Below are positions 8,954 through 17,176 of a stretch of 64,000 nucleotides of DNA, piece by piece. Each line of letters starts with the position of its first letter. Positions within the stretch are counted from its first letter, which is position 1. The DNA is from Nitrosarchaeum sp. (GTDB lineage Archaea; Thermoproteota; Nitrososphaeria; Nitrososphaerales; Nitrosopumilaceae). The notes beneath the pieces are model-generated. The model did no database searches. It was not told the origin of the DNA and worked only from the letters and a program-made list of their open reading frames with translations. The stretch is taken from assembly GCA_965223865.1 (NCBI GenBank), contig OZ245020.1, positions 352,001 to 416,000 on the forward strand, given 5' to 3'. The position numbers and the translations under genes were made by a program.

Positions 8954-9373
8954 TTATTTTACTATTAAAATAGGGATTGTTGATTTGTGCAAAACATAAT
9001 TTGATGTGCTTCCAAGAAAAGTTTCTTTTATTGAACTCATTCCTCTTGAACCTATTACAATAAGATCAAATTTTTTGGTATTTGCATAATTGACAATTTT
9101 GACTCCTTCATCTCCGTAAATCACATCATCAAAAAAATCAATTCCATTTTGAGCTGAACATTTTTTTGCCTTTGACATAAATTTTGAAGCATTTTCAAGA
9201 AGATGTTTCTCTATGTAAGAGATTTGTGAGCTAGTCTTCGGTTTAGATAATGGAATTACATACAATCCTGTAATAGTAGCATAACATTGTCTTGCAAGAT
9301 AAATTGCCTCATTTAATCCTCTCATGGAATTTTTAGAGCCATCAAGTGGGACTAGAATTTTTTTTATGTTCAT
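8954..9373 (-). CDS. Universal stress protein
   Basis: USP motifs; first ~40 aa identical to 7296-7724. Confidence 0.93.
   Translation of the reverse strand: MNIKKILVPLDGSKNSMRGLNEAIYLARQCYATITGLYVIPLSKPKTSSQISYIEKHLLENASKFMSKAKKCSAQNGIDFFDDVIYGDEGVKIVNYANTKKFDLIVIGSRGMSSIKETFLGSTSNYVLHKSTIPILIVK
9255..9370 (-). repeat. Right arm of perfect 116-bp inverted repeat (partner 7308-7423)
   Basis: Exact reverse complement of 7308-7423. Confidence 0.95.
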
Positions 9374-9483
9374 AATCGGTTTGATGCTTGACCAAATTTA
9401 AGGTGTTTCTATAGCATTATCGTTTTTGATTTTCAGTAGTGAGATTATGCAAACATCATAATATATGGAAAATAGGAAGTTAA

Positions 9484-9954
9484 TTGAAAATGGTCAAGGA
9501 TGCAAAGGAAATTACAGTGGGAGACGTAATGACAAAGTCTGTTATTGCAGTTGATGCGTCAATTACAGTAAATGAGGCAGCAAAAATGATGGAGGATTCA
9601 AAAGTTGGCTCAGTTATAGTTATGGAGAACAATAAGCCTTTAGGAATAGTTACAGATAGAGATTTTGCAGTTAAAGTTGCAGCTCATGCATATCAGATCT
9701 CAACTCCAGTAAAGAGGATTATGTCAACGCCATTAATCGCAATAAATCCAGATGAGACAGTATGGATGATTTCTGATATAATGTATACAAGGGGGGTAAG
9801 AAAATTGCCTGTGATTGAGAATGATCAAGTGGTAGGAATAGTTACTGCTACAGATCTTGTAAATCAACTTGCGATATCAACTGAAGAAGATCTGCAAAAA
9901 ATGTTCCATGAATCAGTAATCAAAGTATACAAACAATATAGTCCATACAATTAG
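9484..9954 (+). CDS. Stand-alone CBS-pair protein
   Basis: VGDVMT...GIVTDRD...KLPV...VGIVTATD; ATG at 9490 is an alternative start. Confidence 0.9.
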   Translation: MKMVKDAKEITVGDVMTKSVIAVDASITVNEAAKMMEDSKVGSVIVMENNKPLGIVTDRDFAVKVAAHAYQISTPVKRIMSTPLIAINPDETVWMISDIMYTRGVRKLPVIENDQVVGIVTATDLVNQLAISTEEDLQKMFHESVIKVYKQYSPYN

Positions 9955-10335
9955 TCATCCATTAACAATAGCATTCATCAATGATTTTCCACCAATTAGG
10001 GCTCCAATAGATAATCCAATATTTGTTAAAAGATTCACTGCTAATGCAAAATAATGATGGTTATCTAAGAGATTACTTGAATCTAGAGCAAATGAAGACA
10101 TCGTAGTAAGTGAACCACAAAATCCAATTGCTGCAAACAACGAATATCGGCCATCAAGATTCCAATGTTCGGACAAGATTACAAACATTCCAAGTATAAA
10201 TGCCCCAAGAACATTAACAATCAGAACATTTAGCGGTAATGTATTGAAAATGATTGGTGTTTCTGTTATTTTATATCTTAGAAAAGCTCCAAGAACAGAT
10301 CCGCCTGCCAGAAATACAAATTCTAAACCTTTCAT
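9955..10335 (-). CDS. crcB: Fluoride efflux channel Fluc/CrcB
   Basis: GA.LRY, VNVLGAF, GFCGSLTTMSSF motifs; 4 TM. Confidence 0.93.
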   Translation of the reverse strand: MKGLEFVFLAGGSVLGAFLRYKITETPIIFNTLPLNVLIVNVLGAFILGMFVILSEHWNLDGRYSLFAAIGFCGSLTTMSSFALDSSNLLDNHHYFALAVNLLTNIGLSIGALIGGKSLMNAIVNG

Positions 10336-10361
10336 TGTCTACCTTTATTCTTTTCATTGTG

Positions 10362-10412
10362 GGTAGATATTATTAGTGTCATTTAACACGGTTCAGGCTT
10401 TCATATCAAGGC
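10362..10412 (-). ncRNA. Probable fluoride riboswitch (variant) upstream of crcB
   Basis: Minus strand reads GCCTTGATATGAAAGCCTGAACCGTGTTAAATGACACTAATAATATCTACC: AACCG, hairpin TGTTA/TGACA, CTAAT.ATATCTAC and GATAT/ATATC pseudoknot pairing. Confidence 0.65.
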
Positions 10413-10493
10413 TAATGTCATTCAACTAAGTTTCAAATTATGGTTATCCATCTAGTCATGAACATTTTTCTAAAAATATTTTATGAGAGATGC

Positions 10494-11234
10494 TTATCTG
10501 CAATCTAATACCAATTCATGTACAGATTTTTGTTCAATCTCTACTACATGTTGCTGACCAAACAAACTTAATCCATCAAATTCTAAAGTTTTGACATCAC
10601 TTGGAATAACAAATGGAATTGTCATGTAGTCACCTTTTATCATGATTTGTCCTGCTAGTCTTCCATCAAGCTCAAGATTTCCTGGAGGCATCATAATAAT
10701 TTCAGATGTGTTTGTAGCAATTTCAAGTGGCAAGTCTACAAACAGTGTGATATCCTCAAATCGTTCATCAAGATTGACTAACGGTGACAATACTGGAATA
10801 TCTTCACATCCATAGTTTGTTACAGTCAGCTCAGCAAAGACAAAAGACGAGGCAATGACTAAACCACCTATGGCAACAGCAATTGCGATTGAAGTACCTA
10901 TGACAGTGGAAGCAGGCAAGCCTACTGCAGGTAAGATAGCATTAGCTGCCTTAATCTCTAAACTTAAAATTTTAGAGGCAGCTTTTATTCCTCGGAAGGT
11001 TTTATCTGTTAAGTTGATGGAATCTTTTAATTTGAGATATACGTCTCTTGGCAAATCGTTTTTATAATTATCTAAAATTATTTCAAGATCTTTTACCTTT
11101 TCGTACCATTCTTCTGCATTTTCAATTTTATTATTGAACCTTTCAAATTTTCTTAAAAAGGATGCCATTTCTTTTCTTGCTTTTCTCTGTCTTTCTTTTT
11201 TATTTGAAAAAGGAAAAACACTAGATGACATCAC
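10494..11234 (-). CDS. Hypothetical protein with central TM helix
   Basis: 246-aa ORF: helical N-terminus, hydrophobic segment, beta-rich C-terminus. Confidence 0.65.
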   Translation of the reverse strand: MMSSSVFPFSNKKERQRKARKEMASFLRKFERFNNKIENAEEWYEKVKDLEIILDNYKNDLPRDVYLKLKDSINLTDKTFRGIKAASKILSLEIKAANAILPAVGLPASTVIGTSIAIAVAIGGLVIASSFVFAELTVTNYGCEDIPVLSPLVNLDERFEDITLFVDLPLEIATNTSEIIMMPPGNLELDGRLAGQIMIKGDYMTIPFVIPSDVKTLEFDGLSLFGQQHVVEIEQKSVHELVLDCR

Positions 11235-11390
11235 TATTATTTTCCTAGCAAATAGGATAAGATCTGGTTACCTTGAATTTGAAATAATAAGCTGATTTGT
11301 TAAATAAGAATAATTAAGGTGAGATTCTCATTTTACAAGTTTCAAATTATAGTTACCTGATCAGCCATAATTTGAGAATTAATTACTCAT

Positions 11391-11885
11391 CTAATCATCC
11401 CCTGTTATTACATGTAGGATGATTAACAGAACTAGTAGAATAACCAGACCAAACTGTCCATGTAGTAACCTGTTGAAAACTTTGGTGTTTCTGGATGAGG
11501 TATATCTCAGTAAAATTCCACTTATCATCAAAACTGTCATAGTAATTGCAAGTGATAATGAGATTGAATTTAGTTCACTTACTAGAAGTAAGCCATGAGT
11601 CATTCCTGCAAAGTATCCAATTGAATTAAGAATTATGTGAAAGTTTAGAACTGGTTTGTAAAATTGAACTGCCTGCCTTGCCATCTGGAGCGATTGACCT
11701 CCTGCACGTACAGCATATTTTCTCCATTTGTTAAACAAGATAAATGGTAAATTTGCAATAACACCTGCTCCAATTGCCACCCATCCCAAACTTTCTATTG
11801 CATCTTCTGCGTCATCATCATCTGCAAAAGCTGGTACTGGTGCTAAAAATAATAGAAAAATGATTGGAATGATCTTTGTATTCAT
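11391..11885 (-). CDS. Membrane protein with four TM histidines (cytochrome b/ferric-reductase-like)
   Basis: Signal peptide (AFA-DDDD); NFH, MTHG, LLHG and ILH in TM helices; ATG at 11885. Confidence 0.6.
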   Translation of the reverse strand: MNTKIIPIIFLLFLAPVPAFADDDDAEDAIESLGWVAIGAGVIANLPFILFNKWRKYAVRAGGQSLQMARQAVQFYKPVLNFHIILNSIGYFAGMTHGLLLVSELNSISLSLAITMTVLMISGILLRYTSSRNTKVFNRLLHGQFGLVILLVLLIILHVITGDD

Positions 11886-11889
11886 AAAA

Positions 11890-12204
11890 TCACCTTGCTG
11901 CTGGGATTTTTGGCCTTCTAGTCTTGTAGATTTTAAATCCAGTATAGGCAACAGATCCTACAATTACTGCAATTGTTCCATAAAGGATTGCATCAGAGAT
12001 TCCTCCCCCTAGTGCTAGTTCTTCGTCATCGTCATGTTCCCTTTCTCGCTCTCTTTCCATATCACCGAATCCTCTTTGTTCGTGTTCTCTTTCATCTTCG
12101 TATTCTTCCCATTCATCTTCATCTGCAAAAGCTACTTCCACACTTGAGACAGTCAAGACAAGTATTGCACCGAGAACAAGTACAAAGATTGATTTTTGTT
12201 TCAT
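11890..12204 (-). CDS. Secreted acidic (D/E/R-rich) protein with C-terminal TM anchor
   Basis: ATG 12204 MKQKSIF... signal peptide, DEDEWEEYEDERE tract, TM helix. Confidence 0.75.
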   Translation of the reverse strand: MKQKSIFVLVLGAILVLTVSSVEVAFADEDEWEEYEDEREHEQRGFGDMEREREREHDDDEELALGGGISDAILYGTIAVIVGSVAYTGFKIYKTRRPKIPAAR

Positions 12205-12236
12205 GAGTATAGTATGTGTGATTTTAGATATAATCA
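12125..12236 (-). repeat. Left arm of perfect 112-bp inverted repeat (partner 15465-15576): 5' region plus signal peptide
   Basis: Exact reverse complement of 15465-15576. Confidence 0.95.
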
Positions 12237-12248
12237 GCAAGTATACAT

Positions 12249-12311
12249 TGCAATCAGCTGCAATTAACAAATTCATGATAGAAGGTGCTTGCAAATAATT
12301 GCAGTATAAAC
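12249..12311. promoter_or_regulatory. Two TGCA-N6-TGCA operator-like sites in a divergent promoter
   Basis: TGCAATCAGCTGCA (12249-12262) and TGCAAATAATTGCA-GTATAAAC (12290-12311). Confidence 0.65.
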
Positions 12312-12355
12312 ATCTCTTTCTTATGCAATTTTCTCATATTAAATTTTGAGAATAC

Positions 12356-12655
12356 ATGAGTGCAGTACAACCAAAAAAACAAAAATCAAGCACAAAATCG
12401 CTTGTTATTGTTGGGGGTATTATTGCAGCTGTTGCAATCTCACTTCTTGTATACCTAATGTGGTATACAGCAGGTGAAGAAGTAGTTGAGGTTGTCAAAG
12501 TGGTCGCAGTAACTGGACAGGGATGTGTGGTCGAAACATTTGATGGTTATGCATTTACTATTGAGCAATGTAGTGCAGAACCAGGAGAGGTTATTTCTAC
12601 ACCTATTGATCAAAAAGTCAAAGAACGAGCTCTGTTAATGAACCCAACATCTTAA
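12356..12655 (+). CDS. Membrane-anchored small beta protein with a Cys pair
   Basis: N-terminal TM helix; GCVVET...C pattern. Confidence 0.7.
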   Translation: MSAVQPKKQKSSTKSLVIVGGIIAAVAISLLVYLMWYTAGEEVVEVVKVVAVTGQGCVVETFDGYAFTIEQCSAEPGEVISTPIDQKVKERALLMNPTS

Positions 12656-12665
12656 TTTTTTAATT

Positions 12666-13187
12666 TTAAAATTTTAGTGTAACTGAATTATCAGTTATTG
12701 TAACAGTACTATCCTTTTCTAACGAAGATTGTACAATAGCTTCTAAGAATGCTTTTAAGAATATTGAACCTTTTTTGCCAAAGTCATGATGAATACTTAC
12801 ATTACTTGTTCCATCGTCTACTTGCATGTCACACATCCCATAACCACATCGCTCAAAGTACATCTTGATAAATTCTGAAATGCTATCTGAAGTTAGCTCC
12901 TTCCATTTGAACAAAATAAAGTCTTTTGGCTCTTTGGATCCTATTGATTTTGCAAAGTTTATGATGTTTTTTTCATCAAGGGAATTTAACAGATCCTTAA
13001 AGGAGCCCTTACTCATTTCAACCATGCCAAACTTCTTCATAAACTGATCAAACTCTACATGATCACCAAAAATCTGGTTTGCCAAAGTGTTCATACTAAT
13101 GCGTTTTTCTTCAGCTTCTTTTCTTAGACCTTTTTCATATTCCTCATCAATCCTAAATGTAATCGTTGAAGTCTTTTTGGCCTTCAT
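12666..13187 (-). CDS. Ribbon-helix-helix regulator with C-terminal putative sensor domain
   Basis: STITFRID...LRKEAEEKRISMNTLANQIF; paralog of 1018-1605. Confidence 0.78.
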   Translation of the reverse strand: MKAKKTSTITFRIDEEYEKGLRKEAEEKRISMNTLANQIFGDHVEFDQFMKKFGMVEMSKGSFKDLLNSLDEKNIINFAKSIGSKEPKDFILFKWKELTSDSISEFIKMYFERCGYGMCDMQVDDGTSNVSIHHDFGKKGSIFLKAFLEAIVQSSLEKDSTVTITDNSVTLKF

Positions 13188-13201
13188 ATTCTAAAGATGA
13201 G

Positions 13202-13237
13202 TGCATCTAATTGCAGTATAAACTTCTTGATTATATC
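13202..13237 (+). promoter_or_regulatory. TGCA-N6-TGCA site plus TATA box; 13208-13237 is a 30-bp direct repeat of 15445-15474
   Basis: TGCATCTAATTGCAGTATAAACTTCTTGATTATATC. Confidence 0.7.
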
Positions 13238-13258
13238 AAATAAATCCAAATACTAGGC

Positions 13259-14659
13259 ATGAGTCAAAGTACAAAAAACTATGAAATATCAGCTAAGCAG
13301 CTAAACGAAGAATTATCACAACAAAAACCATTACTCGTTTTTGATTTAAGGCCAAAAGACCAGTTCGAAAAGGACCACATCAAAGGTTCGGTTCATGCAG
13401 TATGTGATACTCAGGCAAAAGAGAAGATCATGCCCAAAATACCAAAAAATGCCAAGATTGTGCTTATTTCTGAGCCTGAAAAAATTGCTAAAGAGACTGC
13501 ACAAATGATGAATTCATTTGGTTTGGATGCCCATTATTTGCAAGGAGGATTCCGTTCTTGGGAGGGTAAAACAGAGCAGGGTAAAACAGGAAAAATCATT
13601 ACAGCGCAGCAATTAGAGGCTCAATTAGATAGGGTATTTCTTTTAGATGTCAGAAGTGAAGACGAATTTTCAGAATATCAAATTCCTGGAAGCATAAACA
13701 TTCCCTTAGATAACCTCTTTGATGCAAAGACGCTAGAAAAGATTCCAAAAGACAAACCTGTAGTAACAATATGTCCACATGGAAACCGAGCAATGGTTGC
13801 AAGTTTTGCATTGACAAGAGGAGGAATTAATTCACATACGCTTGCAGGAGGACTAGCTGAATGGAATCAGATTCTCAAACCAATAACCGTAACACACAAA
13901 CCAAGAGTAATCCAAGTTCAAAAAGTTGGTAAAGGCTGTCTATCTCATATTGTAGAATCTGATGGAGAAGCTATTGTAATTGATCCGCTTTACCCATTTG
14001 AAAAATATATTGAAATTGCAAAAGAACTAGGATTTACAATAACTAAAGTATTTGATACACACCAGCATGCAGATCATGTATCTGCAGCTCGAAAGCTTGC
14101 AAAGGAAGCAAATACACAACTCTACCTCTCAAAATATGAAGGATATGATTATGATGCAACCTTTGTTGGAGATAATGACACTATATCTTTTGGAAAATCA
14201 ATGCTTAGAGTAATTCATACTCCAGGACATACACCAGGGAGTCTTAGCTTTGTTGTTGATGAAAAATATATTTTCACAGGAGATATATTGTTTGTAGAAT
14301 CTATTGGAAGGCCAGATCTAAGAGATAAGGCTGAAGAATTTACAGAACAGCTTTACAATACACTTCATGAAAAACTTCTTGTTCTACCTAATGAAACATT
14401 GGTGTTTCCAACTCATCATAGTGAGAATGTAGATTCGATTGATGGCGCATATTATTCCACTATAGGAAATTCAAGAAAACTTCCCTGGCTTGATATCCCA
14501 AAACAAGAATTTGTCAAAAAGGTAATAGCAATTACACTTCCAAGACCCATGAACTATCGTAAGATAATTGCTGTAAACAAGGGAGAGTTAGAATTGGTGC
14601 AGTATGAGATTCCTGATTTGGAGATTGGTCCAAACAGGTGTGCAGTAGATGTTAGTTGA
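13259..14659 (+). CDS. Rhodanese-rhodanese-MBL fusion (persulfide dioxygenase-like)
   Basis: DVRS..EF...IPGS..IP, CPHGNR active-site loop, THQHADH, HTPGHT and TGD motifs. Confidence 0.9.
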   Translation: MSQSTKNYEISAKQLNEELSQQKPLLVFDLRPKDQFEKDHIKGSVHAVCDTQAKEKIMPKIPKNAKIVLISEPEKIAKETAQMMNSFGLDAHYLQGGFRSWEGKTEQGKTGKIITAQQLEAQLDRVFLLDVRSEDEFSEYQIPGSINIPLDNLFDAKTLEKIPKDKPVVTICPHGNRAMVASFALTRGGINSHTLAGGLAEWNQILKPITVTHKPRVIQVQKVGKGCLSHIVESDGEAIVIDPLYPFEKYIEIAKELGFTITKVFDTHQHADHVSAARKLAKEANTQLYLSKYEGYDYDATFVGDNDTISFGKSMLRVIHTPGHTPGSLSFVVDEKYIFTGDILFVESIGRPDLRDKAEEFTEQLYNTLHEKLLVLPNETLVFPTHHSENVDSIDGAYYSTIGNSRKLPWLDIPKQEFVKKVIAITLPRPMNYRKIIAVNKGELELVQYEIPDLEIGPNRCAVDVS

Positions 14660-15437
14660 GGTACTAGATCCCCTCATCATTTTTCTTTCAATCATTTCAG
14701 GGACGATAGTGGGGTTTAGTCTAGGTTTGGTTGGTGGAGGTGGATCTGTTCTAGCAGTGCCTCTATTGTTGTATGTTGTAGGCGTAAAAGACACACACAT
14801 AGCCATAGGCACATCCGCGCTTGCTGTTGGAATTGTTGCTGGAATTAGTCTACTAAACTACAAAAAATTAGGAAGAATCAGAATTAGAAAAGGCCTCATG
14901 TTTGCCATACCTGGAATTGCAGGAACATTATTGGGTGCCCAGCTAGGATTATGGACTCCTGCTGAGCATCTCTTGATCTTCTTTGCTGGATTCATGATAG
15001 TAGTGGGTCTTTTGATGCTAAGGAAAAAGAGTGCAACACATGAGGTATCAAATGAAAACATGAGTTTAATTTTGCTAAAAAGAAATGTTTCCTTTTCAGG
15101 TTTCTTGGTTGGAGTACTTGCAGGATATTTTGGGATAGGTGGAGGTTTTTTGATTGTTCCAACAATAATGTATTCAGGAGGACTCAGTATCATACATGCA
15201 ATAGGTACATCACTGGTTTCTGTAAGCTCATTTGGTATTACCACTGCTGCAAGATACCTAGTTGCAGGACAAGTTGACATTCTATTGGCTGCATTGCTAA
15301 TTGTTGGAGGAATAATAGGTGGATATTTTGGATCAAAGACATCTGAAAAAATTCCAAAAGAATTCTTAGTCAAAATATTTGCAGTATTACTATTTACAGT
15401 AGCAGTTTACATAATGATTCAAACTATCATATCATAA
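14649..15437 (+). CDS. Sulfite exporter TauE/SafE family
   Basis: Two GxGGG..VP repeats, AIGTS motifs, 8 TM. Confidence 0.9.
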   Translation: MLVEVLDPLIIFLSIISGTIVGFSLGLVGGGGSVLAVPLLLYVVGVKDTHIAIGTSALAVGIVAGISLLNYKKLGRIRIRKGLMFAIPGIAGTLLGAQLGLWTPAEHLLIFFAGFMIVVGLLMLRKKSATHEVSNENMSLILLKRNVSFSGFLVGVLAGYFGIGGGFLIVPTIMYSGGLSIIHAIGTSLVSVSSFGITTAARYLVAGQVDILLAALLIVGGIIGGYFGSKTSEKIPKEFLVKIFAVLLFTVAVYIMIQTIIS

Positions 15438-15438
15438 T

Positions 15439-15474
15439 TGCAAATAATTGCAGTATAAACTTCTTGATTATATC
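15439..15474 (+). promoter_or_regulatory. TGCA-N6-TGCA site plus TATA box
   Basis: TGCAAATAATTGCAGTATAAACTTCTTGATTATATC; 23 bp identical to 12289-12311 and 30 bp identical to 13208-13237. Confidence 0.7.
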
Positions 15475-15576
15475 TAAAATCACACATACTATACTCATGA
15501 AACAAAAATCAATCTTTGTACTTGTTCTCGGTGCAATACTTGTCTTGACTGTCTCAAGTGTGGAAGTAGCTTTTGC
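15465..15576 (+). repeat. Right arm of perfect 112-bp inverted repeat (partner 12125-12236)
   Basis: Exact match. Confidence 0.95.
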
Positions 15577-15748
15577 CGATTCTAACAGTTATGATGACGA
15601 TAAAGATGATGATCATGAAAAAGAATATGATAGAAATGATGACAGAGATGATCATGATGATGATCATGATAATGATCATGATAAAGATGACAGAGATAAC
15701 GACAAAGACGATTCAAACGACAAGTCAGAAAAAGAGAGAAAAAGCTAG
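15497..15748 (+). CDS. Secreted Asp/His-rich low-complexity peptide
   Basis: Same signal peptide as 11890-12204, then DDHDDDHDNDHD repeats. Confidence 0.65.
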   Translation: MKQKSIFVLVLGAILVLTVSSVEVAFADSNSYDDDKDDDHEKEYDRNDDRDDHDDDHDNDHDKDDRDNDKDDSNDKSEKERKS

Positions 15749-15900
15749 AAATCAAATTGTCTGAAAAGACAAAATCATTTTTTATTTAATTCAACAAGAA
15801 ATTATGAATTTTTGAACTTACAGAGCCTGAAATTACATAGGGAATAACTGGTATCTCTACATATCTCAATACCAAACTAGGAAAAATTTTGATTATAGAA

Positions 15901-16446
15901 TTATGTGTTATTAGTATCAATTTGTATGATATTTTGATTTATCAGAAACTCTATAGCACCTAACAATTCCTCTTCTGATACCTTGTCTTGAGCATACCAT
16001 ACGAAGATATTTTTGATCCAATCTGGGATTTTCTTGTTTTGATTTGAATCATTTCCTACAGTAATAGAAATTGTTTCACTTTGATGTGTACAGATCTCTC
16101 GATGAACTTCCCTACATTGACTGATTATCTGTACTGCATAGTTTCCCACTTCAGCGTTCTCTGCTATTGGAATCTCTGTGGAAAATGTTCCGTCAGGATT
16201 ACTGGTTACATATTCATCAAAAATTTTTACTTCTAGAGGATTTGTTGCAATTATTCTTAATAATACATCTGATGTTGGTTCTTCATTGTAGTTTACCCAA
16301 CCTGAAATTATGACTTTCTCTCCTTGCATGTAGTTAGTCTTGTCTAGTATAATCACTGGACTTGAGACATGGGTTTGATATGATTCTAAAATTATGGTGT
16401 TAACACAAAATGAAATAGCACAAAAGATCAGGACAAGCTTAATCAT
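15901..16446 (-). CDS. Secreted Ig-like protein with thaumarchaeal IPxWIK C-terminal domain
   Basis: LDKTNY..GE.V.ISG; C-terminal IPDWIKN...W...SEEE...AIEFLI. Confidence 0.75.
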   Translation of the reverse strand: MIKLVLIFCAISFCVNTIILESYQTHVSSPVIILDKTNYMQGEKVIISGWVNYNEEPTSDVLLRIIATNPLEVKIFDEYVTSNPDGTFSTEIPIAENAEVGNYAVQIISQCREVHREICTHQSETISITVGNDSNQNKKIPDWIKNIFVWYAQDKVSEEELLGAIEFLINQNIIQIDTNNT

Positions 16447-16622
16447 GTTCTTATCTTACTGAACTACTATTTCAATAAGGATACAAAAAACATCTAGTTA
16501 TCTCCTGTCACAATATAACTCAGAATAACTAACAGAAAAATTTCTTAATAGTAGATATGAAGATTTTCTAGATAATCTGATCAACCTCAAGTTTTTTATT
16601 CTTACTTTGAGTCAACTCAGCA

Positions 16623-17003
16623 ATGAAAATAACAAAAACAATGACTTTCTCTATACTTGCAATAATAGCAGGTCTAATGACTGCAATTCCAACTGTTTCT
16701 GCAGAAACTATGGTAAGCTTACCTCCTGGTTCTGCAGTTCCAGGATGTGAAGAAACAAACGAATGCTACATCCCATACGAAGTAACAGTAGATGTTGGCA
16801 GTACTGTAACGTGGAGTAATGATGACACTGCAGCACATACAGTAACATCTGGAAGTGCATCTGATGGACCAGATGGAATTTTTGATAGTGGATTAATATC
16901 ACCTGGAGACACATACACAAATCAGTTTAATGAAGAAGGGAATTTTGATTATTACTGTATAGCTCATCCTTGGATGACTGGAAAAGTAATAGTAAGTGAA
17001 TGA
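16623..17003 (+). CDS. Plastocyanin-like blue copper protein
   Basis: Signal peptide; PGCE...CY; AHTVTS; YYCIAHPWM type-1 Cu ligands. Confidence 0.92.
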   Translation: MKITKTMTFSILAIIAGLMTAIPTVSAETMVSLPPGSAVPGCEETNECYIPYEVTVDVGSTVTWSNDDTAAHTVTSGSASDGPDGIFDSGLISPGDTYTNQFNEEGNFDYYCIAHPWMTGKVIVSE

Positions 17004-17049
17004 TTACAGAATTGAGTAAAACTAGCCACAAGATCTATGTGCTAATGTC
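16941..17049 (+). repeat. 109-bp direct repeat, copy 1 (3' end of cupredoxin gene plus downstream sequence)
   Basis: Matches 19301-19409 with one mismatch (16981 G / 19341 A). Confidence 0.95.
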
Positions 17050-17176
17050 GTAGCCTTTACTCATAATTATAGCTAAATATTTGAAATATACAAAATGGAT
17101 CATGACATTTCTGTAGAACTCAAGAGGTATCAATTATTTTAAAAAGATCAAAACAATAGTAGACTAGAGATCTAGT

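Noticed and set aside
15573-15764. 63-aa Met/Ile-rich ORF
   Set aside because: Alternative-frame reading of the GAT/CAT repeats of the Asp/His-rich gene
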